From assembly GCA_023920165.1 (NCBI GenBank), contig CP089274.1, positions 3,224,001-3,288,000 on the forward strand: DNA of 64,000 nt, given 5' to 3'. Below, in pieces: positions 26,744-38,286 of the stretch. Both the position numbers and the translations under genes were made by a program. The DNA comes from Curvularia clavata (taxonomy: Eukaryota). Below the pieces are notes generated by a model. The model made no database searches, was not told the DNA's origin, and was given only the letters and a program-made list of their open reading frames with translations. The first letter of the stretch is position 1. Each line of letters starts with the position of its first letter.

Positions 26744-28125
26744 CTATCAATTGGGACGAGGGGCAAACTATGGAACTGAGCCGAGACGGTGGTCATGTAT
26801 ATATATGCGTCAGTACACGACGTACCCCTCCTGCAAGCATCCTTCGTGATCGACACCCCATTCGCCATGTCACAACCATGTTGCACCCGATAACCAGGCC
26901 ACATCCTTTTGGCCACTCAGCTGCAGCTTGTGCTCTAGTGACATGTCGAGGCATTGTCGATCATTCCTGGTATCCATCTCAGCCGGTTGCCCGTGGGATA
27001 TCAGCGGAGACGTCATGAATCTAACCATAGCCCAGCATGCGATCTCAAGGCGGAACCACTCCGAAGCTGCGCCGCACGCATACGCGACTCTGAATGCCGC
27101 GATCCGAAAGCCTAGTTTGCGGGGTAGAGCCAACTAGCCCGGTACCCCGCATAACGCCGTTGTCCCCAAGCATAAACATGTCTCGGAGGACTCTCCGGTA
27201 TGCCGCTTCGGGCATTCCCGCAAGATGGCATCATGTTATATCCGTTGGTGGGTATGTGGAAGTGAACGATAGAGGCGAAGGATAATATTGGATGAACAAG
27301 CGCTCGAAATTCTTTAATATCTGACCTTGAGCAAATGCTGGTTTTTGGTAGAAACTTGCTACTGTACTGCCATAAAAGATGGTACTGACTCGTTTCGGAT
27401 GCCTAGGATCCCACTTAACTGACTTTTATCATATGGAGAATCTAGCTTTGATGATCGGCCCGGTGTCTAGCCGCTTCCAGTGTCCATGGCATTCTGATCA
27501 CTCGCAACAGTTGTACCTTTTGGGTGTCTATCCAATCAGTCTTGTCCGGCCCGAAGGATCATGAATGCGGAGCTATTTCGTTTGAGAGTGCAAGCGGAAT
27601 GCTGGTTTAGGCCATCCAGGAAATCGAGAGCGCTTATAGGGCTGGATCAACGGAAGTCTGATGCGTTCAGTTTTGTTGAAGTGGTTTACCCACATGTGCA
27701 TATGCACGAGGATGCGTAGGTTAGAAAGAATGGCTAGATGGGTGCGAAGTAGGGTTCTGGCGGAAAACATTGGAAAGGTTTCGTTTTCTGACATCTTGTG
27801 ACGGAAAATCGGGGAATCTCTCATCTTGAAGACTCTCCCCTACTTCATCTAAGTTTATCACATATGATGCATCATCCCCAGTGCTCATGTAATACAACAT
27901 CAGGTCGAAACTCAGCAACTCAAAGTCTGCCTCGATGTTACTGTTCTTGCCTGTGGCTCATTGAAGGTGAGTGCTTTGTCAATAAGACCCTATACCTCCG
28001 TACGGACTACATAGGATATTAAGTACTGTTATCACAAGGAAGATCATCACATGTTTGTCCGTTGGATCAATGGATCAAGAATAGCTTGAAGTGACTCATT
28101 TTAAAATTATTATCTTCCCGTGATA

Positions 28126-29188
28126 TCATTGTCTCGATCTCAATATATCTTCGGTGGATTGAGTATCGCCCACGAGTTCAATAGGCTCACTGTTGACAAA
28201 ATAACCTACTGGCATCTCCACAGGACCATGGCTGCTATCCCAGTGATATCCCTTTTGTGGACTTAAGGAGTGATAGGTACCATGTATAGGGCCTTTTGTC
28301 CCAGTGGATTGGTCATTGTACGTGTATTCTGGAGGTTGAACGTCCTTGTTCCGAGATACACGCTTTCTGCGGATAAGAAGAACACCAAGTATGGTCAGGC
28401 AAATGACGATGAGCCCTGCGACAGCTCCCCCTACGATAGCGCCAATGTTCATCGATTTTGGCTCTGAGGGCGCAGTGGTTGAGTCTGGTATCGAAGCTGG
28501 CGGTGAGACCGCAGAGGTTTTGGGGCTAGAGACGAGGGAAGTTGATATTTGTATAGTCATTGAAGTTGATCCAGTCGGAGAAGTACTGAAGGTGGCAATG
28601 GATCTCGATGTTGTTGATGCTTGCACAGTGTTGGGAACTGCGAGTAAAGTTTCAGTCTTTCCCTCCTTTCCGCAAGCAATGTATTCGTATGACTGATTCG
28701 GTCCGTTGAGCAGTAACACAGTGGAACAAAATTCGTTTTGTTCGCTAGAAATGTTCGGTTAGGATATTTTACATTGTATAGTGAAGCTAAGTGGCTGACC
28801 ATGAGAAAGTAGTAACGTCTATTCGATCGAACAACCTGCCACATCCTATTGTGCAAGAGTGCTTATCGATGCAATATCCTGCTAGGCCGCAATCTCTGGC
28901 AGAAAATATGCTAGTCGGGCAGAATCCCCATAGTCCACGTGCAGTGTCTATACGGCAATCATAGCCAGGATCTGCTGTTCGGGAGCTCTGTGGATTTCCA
29001 TCGATGTATCCACAAGTAGTAATATGGTTTATGGCTTGTCGTTTGTGGAGCTGGTGACGAGGGTAGAGAGTTTGCACAATCGCGGTAGGTGCTACACGGG
29101 CAATTCGGTTGTGTAACATAGCAAATCCGTGAGGTACCAGGTTCGCAGAACTCCAGATGATAAAAAGCGAGACGAAAAAATTGAACAT
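28126..29188 (-). CDS. Single-pass membrane protein: signal peptide, Cys-rich ectodomain, Ser/Thr-rich stalk, TM helix, short cytoplasmic tail; one intron (~28745-28798)
   Basis: TCGYIDG...CRID..GLWGFCP...CGLAGYCID...C; S/T-rich linker; GAIVGGAVAGLIVICLTILGVLLI followed by RRKR. Confidence 0.75.
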
Positions 29189-29866
29189 GCTTTCGAAAAA
29201 GTAACAATGTAACTGAAAACTGATATCAAGAAAGTGAGGGCAAGACGCGTACCAACTAGGGGGCCAGCGACACAACCAGTCAAGCGCAACAACCACATAG
29301 CCCCTAGCTACGCCGCATGCATGCAGATACCCTGAGGATTGCTTCAGCCGTTCGTATCAAGCCCTGGGCACTGTCAAATGTGTGTAATTATTCCGAAGCC
29401 AAGTCGTTTGAGTAGCTTACGGTATGTCTAAACCTTATTGTGAGAAGCGCCTGCAGTTTAAGAATTTGAGGTACGCCTATTGGGCATGTCGAAGACTCAA
29501 TCTACTACTAACTTTGGACTGTGACTTTTAGGTACGCATGTTCCATCAGAAACAGCGTGTAGCGCGTGTTGTGTATTGTGCCCTGCCGCAGACATGAGGC
29601 GCCTAGAGTAATCAGATTAGGCAAAATGACCGTAACTATTGGCTGAAACTTGTGACACCTTTTGTAATTTTGATAAGCGCCTATCCATTGACCAAAAATG
29701 GGATGTAGCCGCTCGACCCCCACTGTTTACACCCACGCCACATGTGGGATGTGGCACGGTCGTTCTTGGACGCTTGTCTCATCCCAAACTCAGGTATACC
29801 TTAGAATGAGCGGGCCCCATCACACTGGTCTCTAAATGGTTCAAGTCTCTTCTGTCGAAAATCTGT

Positions 29867-31260
29867 ATGATGGCAATGCACCGAAGCATCCGATCACTTC
29901 TGCAAGCCATAGCGTTGCTGGCCGTGGTCTTCTTTCTCATCACAGGAGTTGGGCTTGTTCAGTATGGCGACAGTTTATCAAATTTCAAGTTTACTCTTTC
30001 TACAAATCCAAGCTCAAGTTCTCCAGGTAAACTTGTTAGATGAACTGCGATTTTCTTGCACTAATAGCCAAAGTGAGTCCCGGCGATAAGTCATCAGTAC
30101 AATCACCAGCTACATCTTCACTGCCCTCAAAGGAAGGCAATGCCACTCTACGAGCGCAGACACCACCCTACATTCATGCGATCATGGATCCATCAAACGC
30201 GAATTTCCCACGTCTCCATTGCCCCCAACCAAATCTCGAGCGCTACAACTACCTTGGGAGTTCACCTGAACCAACGATCCAAGCGCAACTTCCCAAATTC
30301 TTCTTCGCACTCGACTTACACCAATGCGTCCATCTACTTCCACGGCTCGTTGGTTCAATCGTCGAAACTATACGATTCCTCGGTCCACAGAATTGCGTAC
30401 TCTCCATAGTGGAAGGGCGATCCGACGACGGTACGTTCGAAGTGCTCGACGAGCTACGTTCCAGCATGCAACTCCTGGGCATTAAGTACATCCTGCAGTC
30501 CAGCGAGACCAATCCAACAAGCAAAGGAACCGACCGCATCGAAGCCCTTGCCCAGCTCCGCAATCTCGCTGTCAACGACCTCATTGCACACCCAGAGCAT
30601 TACGCCAACGACACCACAGTGATCTTCTCCAACGATATTGCACTCTGCATGGAAGACTTTCTCGAGCTAATTCACCAGCGAGTTTTTCAGAGGGCCGACC
30701 AAATCTGCGCCATGGACTGGACTTATGTCGGCGAACACCCGACCTTCTACGACGTTTGGATCGCGCGCGGCATGACCGGTGATCTATTCTTTAACATCCC
30801 TGAAGACGGGAGCTGGGACTATGCATGGGATCTTTTCTGGAATGACCAAAAGTCCAAGGCGCGACTTTCTGCCTCGAAGGCTTTTCAAGTATTTGCATGC
30901 TGGAACGGTGTCACGGCGTTTACTGCACAGCCGCTTATGGAAGGGAAGATAAGGTTTCGAGCGCATAGGGAGGAAGAGTGTTTTCAGGGAGAGCCGAAGT
31001 TGTTTGCGAAGGATATGTGGTTTCATGGGTATGGGAAGATTGCGGTCGTGCCGAGTGTTAACGTGGAATATAGTGATGAGGCAGCGAAGAAGATCAAGGC
31101 TTTGAAAGGGTATGTTTCGAGGCTTGTGGAGAATGAGAGCGATGATGTGAGAATTGAGTGGGAGACTACACCCCCAAAAAAGGTGAAATGTATGCCTGAC
31201 TATCAGCATCAGTCATTCAGGGATTGGGATGAGGGACTGCGGGCTAATGGATCTGAGTAA
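29867..31260 (+). CDS. Alpha-1,3-mannosyltransferase, CMT1/Cap59 family (GT69); intron 30027-30067
   Basis: N-terminal TM anchor in exon 1; SIVEGRSDDGT, RIEALAQLRN, NDI, CAMD, FYDVWIAR, QVFACWNG, CFQGEP motifs. Confidence 0.85.
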
Positions 31261-31557
31261 CGAATAATATGAATGCAATGAAAAAGGTTTCTGTAGGAAG
31301 CAGATAGATTGGTTTCTGACACAGTTGTATTTGCGTATTCCGGTTCCGAATCCTCGGTCTATTTGTCTTGGTGCAATTCACCTTGATTATATATGTATAA
31401 CCGACTCCAACATTGACAGCACCCAGCACCAAACTCCACTTCAAAAGAGAGAAGAAAGGCATCATGCTAAATCGCACGTGTACATATAACGCAGCAGAAA
31501 CCTACAAGTCAGCCCTAAACTCCCACTCTGGACATCACAAAAGAAGATCCAAAAAAA

Positions 31558-32515
31558 CTAGTCACCATATAACTCCATGAGATGATTCAGCATCTTTCTC
31601 TGCAACTCCAGAAGCTGCTCTTTCGTAATCTTTCCGCCAGTCGGTGCCGCCTGCGCATCTGTGACTTGCGCAGGATCATAGTCCGATCCCGTCACCAGAT
31701 GGGGCTTGACGCCGAAGAATGGGACGCCTAGTACCTTCAGCGACGACGACTGCGATTCGACCATGGCCTTGCAGGCACGATAGACTTTTGCATCGTACTG
31801 CTGAAGCTCTTCCTTGTCGCGCTCGGGTGTCTGTGAGAGTGCGTTAACAGGTCAATTTCAAATAAGAGCTATTTCCGAGGAACATACACGAAGCAGCTCT
31901 GTGCCTTCTAGTATGCCTGGCAAGTTTCTAAGAGCAAGTTAGTCGCATGTTGTTAGAAATAGGACTGGGGAGATAGTTACAGCGCTGCTCGATGCGTGCG
32001 CTCATTCTCGCGCAGTAACTTCTGCTCGTCGATGAGTTTCTTGCGGCCTGCTTCCCATGCCTTTACATTTGCCTCTTGGTCTTTCATCAACTGGGGCGAG
32101 AAAAATGGTAAGCATAGGACACAGACTACGCATGGTATGGATGCCACACCTTGTGAACGGCTGGACCAAAATTAGGGTTTTTCGCGGCGATCTTGCTCAC
32201 GCAGCGGAGGCCTTGCTTCCATTCTGTAATGGTTGAAGGGTCGATAAGTGGGGATGCGACCCTGTCCTCGGGCTTGGGTTGTGGTTGACGGGGCTGAGGA
32301 GCTGGGCGGCCGGCAAGCCGAGGGTCAGATGGTTGTTGATGTGTGTGGCTTTGTTCAGGCTGGCGATGGTGTTGAACAACTTGGTGTCCCTGGAAGCCAT
32401 GACTCTGGTCATACACTTGTTGGTCCTGGTACGGCTGACCCTCGGGCTTAGAGAGGTTTGCGAGTGTGGCCAAGATGGCGGCAAGATCTGGGTTCTGTTG
32501 CCCGCCTTCAGCCAT
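31558..32515 (-). CDS. Conserved fungal hypothetical protein (DUF2458-like); 3 introns
   Basis: Exons splice in frame: DPSTITEWKQGLRCV / LMKDQE..WEAGR / NLPG.. / ELQQYDAKVYRAC..LGVPFFG..LQRKMLNHLMELYGD*. Confidence 0.7.
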
Positions 32516-32980
32516 GTTTGCGATGCAGGATTGAGTTTGAGCACAAGCAAGTCTGGATTGAGTCTGAAGTCTCAAGGAATGGGTTCTGGTGCGAGTTTGG
32601 TGGATGAGTGATGGAGCATTGCGCGAGTTGCTCGCGTTTGTTCAAGGAAAATGGAATGAAAGAAGCATTCTCCGGCCCAGACTGCTTATGCTACGATACC
32701 GAAATGCGCCAACCAAACCACCCTAGAACGCCTGGACGAACAAAAAGTATACACGACGTTCAGTCTTGGCCGTGCTGGGAGCGATAGCGCGGCACGATCG
32801 ATGCACGTCGGCTGGAGGCAGGGCGGAAATCTCCGCATGGAACCCTAGTCCATCTCAACTTTTGGAAATCGTCGAATCATTCCACCTCCCGCTCCGCAGG
32901 TCTTGACGGCATCCTCGCACCCAGCCCCCACGCCACTCCTACACTCGAGTGCGTCCGCCGCAACTGCCGCCGTCCACACA

Positions 32981-33848
32981 ATGTCAAAATCACCAAAGGA
33001 TTCGACACGCTTCACGGCCACCGGAGTATGGGCGCACACACGGCCCGGCGGGCGGGCGACGACGCTACAATTCGCTGATCCAGCGCCCAAAAATGAAACG
33101 CCACAGCAAAAGGTCAAGCGGTTACGAGAGGCAGCAAACCGAGCAAAGATGGCACAGGTGACGAGGTGGGATTACATGTACCTATACGGCAGAATGGCAG
33201 CGGATGCGGCGCATCGATTTACCGTCTATGGATTGATCTTTGCAACTGGTATGTCTTCCCAAGGAGCAATTGTACTGTTCCATTTGAGGCGCTAGCACCA
33301 GTCGCTGACATTGTACAAAAGGCTGTGTCGGCGTTCTTGCCGTCTTCTCGATAGGCGACATGATTGTCTACAACAGGCGGAAACGAGCAATTTACTTTGC
33401 CGAAGAAGAGCGCACACAAGCCCGGATTCTCGAAGCTGCACGCTCCGCTGTTGCGTCCGGAACTGCTTCACCAGCACAGGCAGCCCTTGTCGCAGGAATT
33501 GCTGAGGAACAGGAATTGTTGGAGAAGAAGAAGGCAGAGCGCAAGGCACCGTCCAAGCTGCTGTGGTGGCTGCACGGTGACTGGAAAGAGGACCAATCCA
33601 TTGCAGAGCAGCGAAGGCTGGCTGTAGAAGAGATCAAGCGACAAGAAGCCCAGGGAAACTCCAACTTGGGCATTGCCGCTGCGGTACAAGAGGCGAGAGC
33701 AAATGACACATCATACACAGCCCCAGCGGCGTCAACACCGATAGTAGGAGGCCCATTGGACAATGCTGCTGAGAAGGTAGCGAACAAGGCTGAGGCCGCC
33801 AGTAAAGGATGGTTCGGATGGATAGCGGGAGGATCCAAGAAGGAGTAA
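32981..33848 (+). CDS. Cytochrome c oxidase assembly protein, COX14-like; one intron (~33249-33321)
   Basis: TRFTATG N-terminus, ETPQQKVKRLR, GRMAADAAHRFTVYGLI TM segment, DMIVYNRRKR. Confidence 0.65.
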
Positions 33849-34060
33849 GAGAGGGTGGGCCGTGTCGTGTGCGGGGCGTGGGTTTTTGATGATCTTCATG
33901 TACTACTATACACCCTGAGACTGTACATTGTTGTCACACTAGATGTATGCATATGGAGTCGGTGCATATCTCAAAAGATTCTTTGGTTTACTTGGGTATC
34001 TTGTTTTGCCTGGCCCGCGTAACTGCATCTGTGTATAATAGGGAATGCGTTTTGCGGCAT

Positions 34061-34601
34061 TTACTGATTTCCTTGTCCTGCCATGGGTATGTAACTTCTT
34101 CGTTCTCCGTTGCGCTACGTTCGGTCAGTCCCAAGTTTCATCTGCTTGATCAAACAAATACATGCCTCTCGCCATCCCTCGATCCATGGCCGTAGCCCAG
34201 CCCAACCCAACAGCCCCACTGTCGCTCCGATGAAGATGAACACAACAGCCTGATCCTTGGCAGAATCTCTCTGGAAACATGTCGTCAACACATTTTCCTC
34301 CTTCTCTCCTGCGCAAAAGCTGTATCCGAGGCAAAATTGGCGGTTGCAATCGTTGCATGTCTTCTTGGAGGCGCGGGGCTTGAGCTCGAGTGAAGGTTTC
34401 TTGGTCGTGGCCGGTGCATCTAGGGCTACAATTGTGCTGTTTCCGAAGCAGGTGCACTTGCAGAAGGATGTCGGAGCTGGTAAGGGATCAACCAGACTGG
34501 CAAAACAGGCTTTACGACGTAGACTTACAGGCTGCGAGGGATATAGAGAGGGACGAGAGAAAGGTCAGGAGGAGGAAAAGGAGATATGGTGGTCGCCGCA
34601 T
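34061..34601 (-). CDS. Small conserved Cys-rich membrane protein (145 aa), not captured by the ORF track; introns 34477-34528 (GT-AG) and 34115-34165 (GC-AG)
   Basis: Signal peptide MRRPPYLLFLLLTFLSSLSISLA, FCKCTCFGNSTIV, TCNDCNRQFCL, TCFQRDSAKDQ, TM helix AVVFIFIGATVGLLGWAGL. Confidence 0.75.
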
Positions 34602-34951
34602 CTTGTTTCGTCCAGCGGTTGACGAGGAATAGTATCAGAACTCCAGAACAGACACAGAGAAATGACCAAACCACAAGCCGAAGGATGCCTCTGTCGCGTC
34701 GAGTACGGTAACGTGATGTCGAGGCGGGTGGAGCTCAAACCTCCGCCCGCAGATGCGCTAGCGCCAGACAGCTGGGTCCATCTCACGCTAACCTAAGCAT
34801 TTTCCTTTCCCCTCCACGCCTGCGACATCTACACCACGCGTACAGGCGGCCGTCAGCATTTGGCCTCCCTCCCCCGCCTTCTCCCCCGGCGCCTCTCTGC
34901 GTGGCGCATTCCTCATATCACCGTGTCGTACGCGCGCCAACTTGCGACTCA

Positions 34952-36688
34952 ATGCCAGCCGCACAAGCGCCTAACTCTCCCCAAGCGCAACCCGAAAACA
35001 AGGCTGTCCGCCTGCATATTACGCCTTTCCGCCCCGATCTGCTCAAAGTATATCTTGCGCCTTCAGTCCTGCCTCTGGCGCAAAACGTATCCTACCACAC
35101 CGTCGAGACATTCCCTGAAAAAGGCTTTGGCTACGTAGAGCTCCCTGAAGCCGAGGCCCAAAAGCTCAGGAAGAAACTAAACGGCACAATCTTGAAGGGC
35201 TCAAAGGTGCGCATAGAAATGGCGAAAAAGGAGAAGCGCAAGGCGCGTGAAGAAGCAGACGCTGCAAAGGAAGCTCATGAGGAGACTGAGAGGCCATCCA
35301 AACGCGCAAAGAAGGAGAAAAAGGAGAAGAAGGAGAGGAAAAAGAAAGAACTAGGGGTTCTCGAGGGTGTAGAGCTTCCAGACGATAGGAAAGTTAAGCG
35401 TGGCTGGACTGAGCCAGCAGACAAGACTAAAAAGGACAGGAAAGAGAAGAAAGACAAGAAGGATAAGAAGGATAAGGAAGCAAAGAAGGAGCGCAAGCAC
35501 TCTAAGTATACTAAGGAACCGGAGCTGCTCTTCAAGGCAAAGCTGACGCCTGTCGCTGCGACCGAGGTTGCACAAAAGGACAAGAAGAAGGATAAGAAGG
35601 AGAAAAAGGATAAGAACAAGTCCAAATCGACACAGGTTGTTATCCATGAGTTTGAGAACAATACGAAGACCCCGAGCTTCCTGAAGCAGCCCGAGCTTGT
35701 AATTTCCAAGAAGCCCGCCGTGGACTATGTCGATGGAAAGGGTTGGGTGGATGAAGATGGTGTTGTTGTCGAGCCAGAAACCGGAAAGGCGAAAGCCAGA
35801 CGAGCTCTGGAGCTGGTGGACGCACCCTCAGAGGCTGCAAAAGCATGGATCGATGGTACATCCAAGCCTTCGTCTTCTACGCCCAAGGCTGCAAAAGACA
35901 AGAAGAAGAAAGCCACACCGCCGCCGTCTTCATCTGAGTCCGAATCCGAAGAGTCTTCTGTAGTATCGTCGTCGTCCGAAGACGAAGATTCGTCTGCGTC
36001 TGAATCTGAAGAGTCGGAGGCTGAAGAATCCGAGGCTGAATCGTCTCCACCGTCCCCTCCGTCAGCTGCCAAGAGTAAAAAGACTCCAGAGGCCACCCAG
36101 CCTGCAGCACCTGCTGAAAAAGAGGTCCATCCACTTGAGGCATTGTTCAAGCGTTCCAAGCCCGATGCCTCCGTCACGACTCCTACCAAGAAACTCAATC
36201 CCATTGACACATCCTTCACCTTCTTCGATAACAACGGTGATGACGCTGTCGAAATCAACGGCCAGCCCGTCGAAGACGCCCCAATCACACCTTACACTCA
36301 ACGTGACATCGAATGGCGCGGCCTCCGCAGCGCAGCGCCAACCCCTGATACTGCCGCCATCGGTCGCCGCTTCTCCTTCGACTGGCGCCGCAACAGCCAA
36401 GAAATTGACGATGACGAGGACATGAGTGACCTCGATGTAGACGCCGAACAACGCCTGTCCCATAACACGCGTGCGAATGCTAGCACGCTGGCTGGTGTTG
36501 CCGAAGAGGATGAAGATGCAGTTGCGAATGCAGACGACGACGAAAAGCCAGAGAGCGAGTTTAGGAAGTGGTTTTGGGAGAACCGCGGAGATTTGAATCG
36601 TGCGTGGAAGAAGAGGAGGAGGGATGCGCTCAAGGCGAAGAGACATAGTGAGAATAAGAAGATGACGAGTGGAAGGAGGGCGGTTTAG
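34952..36688 (+). CDS. Nucleolar-type protein with N-terminal RRM, Lys-rich and acidic Ser-rich tracts (NOP8/NOL8-like or SRP40-like)
   Basis: RLHITPF...KGFGYVEL...KKLNGTILKGSKVRIE divergent RRM; KKDKK repeats; SSSESESEE; C-terminal FWENRG..WKKRRRDA. Confidence 0.7.
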   Translation: MPAAQAPNSPQAQPENKAVRLHITPFRPDLLKVYLAPSVLPLAQNVSYHTVETFPEKGFGYVELPEAEAQKLRKKLNGTILKGSKVRIEMAKKEKRKAREEADAAKEAHEETERPSKRAKKEKKEKKERKKKELGVLEGVELPDDRKVKRGWTEPADKTKKDRKEKKDKKDKKDKEAKKERKHSKYTKEPELLFKAKLTPVAATEVAQKDKKKDKKEKKDKNKSKSTQVVIHEFENNTKTPSFLKQPELVISKKPAVDYVDGKGWVDEDGVVVEPETGKAKARRALELVDAPSEAAKAWIDGTSKPSSSTPKAAKDKKKKATPPPSSSESESEESSVVSSSSEDEDSSASESEESEAEESEAESSPPSPPSAAKSKKTPEATQPAAPAEKEVHPLEALFKRSKPDASVTTPTKKLNPIDTSFTFFDNNGDDAVEINGQPVEDAPITPYTQRDIEWRGLRSAAPTPDTAAIGRRFSFDWRRNSQEIDDDEDMSDLDVDAEQRLSHNTRANASTLAGVAEEDEDAVANADDDEKPESEFRKWFWENRGDLNRAWKKRRRDALKAKRHSENKKMTSGRRAV

Positions 36689-38286
36689 AAGCGTGCGCTT
36701 GGGTTTTGACTCTCGGCTTGTCGCGCTGAGCATTTTCAGGGCGTTGGTATTTTATTCGCGAGTGCGGCTATGCCGTTGTTGTGGTCGTTGTCGTTGTAAT
36801 CAGCATGCAGTACGATTTGGAACAAAGAGAAAAAGATGACATGATTTCGATGGCATATTAGGTATATTTTCTTACCACGAAAAGAACGTCGAAACGAAAT
36901 TCAATATCTTTCCATTGTTCATCTGACACTTCATACATCCACACCTTTAAACTTCACGCTTCGCCCTCCTGCCATGTCCTCTCCACGCACCGCCTCCTCC
37001 CCCCTCGTTAACACATCCCCCTCTTGCGTACGTATCCTACACAGCGACGCGGAGATCATGCCTCGTTCTGTCGCCGCGACAATAGCGCTCGGGGCATGGT
37101 ATGCGGGGGGTCTGCGAGGCGGGACTTCAGCCTGTGGTATCTGCATCTGCGTGGGAGATGTATTCGAAACCCCTGGTTTTGAATCAGTCGGATGTTAGAT
37201 TGGCGAGAGTTAATGATGTACCATTTTCATTCTGAACAAGTTTCTTTTTCCTTCGTCGCGGGTGAAGCGATGAGGCGGTAAAATGAGTGGTGAAGAACGT
37301 GTGCCACGACATATTTCTTTGCTCTCGAATTTTTTATTCTCCTTTCATCACAATAGCATAAGGGTCTTGTCTTGGAGACTCCAAGGATGCAAGCGAAAAA
37401 TTAATGATGCTGCGGCATCAATCGCTCATGACACCACCTCCCTTTGTACACACACATACACACTACCTCTCCCACGCATCCTGTCATCTCACATGGTGAA
37501 CTCGGATAGCGTAAATATGACGTACCCCACTCTTTTCTAGTCCCTGTCTCACTCCTCGCCTTCTCTCCCTGCATGCTGATTCAACGCCTAGTCTAGTCTA
37601 CCGAATAGCACTGCAGAAATGCGTGCAAAAAAAAAGTAAACTAGAGACGAGAAACAAGAAACAAGACATATAGCATATTCCCCACGTCCCACGCTCCCCA
37701 CCGCACTTGATCTGGTGCAAATCACAATGGCTGGGAGATCGAGGTGGGCGTGCGAACGCGATCGACGCCGGGATAATGATGCTTGTCCGCGGGATCGGAG
37801 TGCAGATTGCATTGGTATCTAAGTGCTCCGATAAAGTGCGCGGGGGATATGCATGCATGCGTGGGGACGGAGAGAGTAAGTGGCTGCGAGTGCATGACGA
37901 ATGATGGAGGAATAAGAAAAGGAAAGCGGCTACTACCATGCCGCGATATTCTTTCATGAGCAAGATAGTCTTCACTGACGCGAAAACATGACAAATGTCA
38001 AAGCGCTCTTAAACACACACTCAGTACGTACTATCCTGCAGGGTATATCCAAAAAGCGACTCGATTGAGTGCCAAAAAACGTGTTGTAATGATAAGAGAA
38101 GAAAAGGAACAGGGCAGTATGCATAAAACGCCCATGCCGAACTGCGTCTATCCAAAGCAGTCATGCCGATATCATAACCCTCTATGTTCATGAAGAGGAA
38201 GAGCAACCGAAAACGCCTTTCTAATGCCTCATTCACAACGCCCGATGCAAATGCAATTCTATCCAAACATATCAAAAACAAAGACA

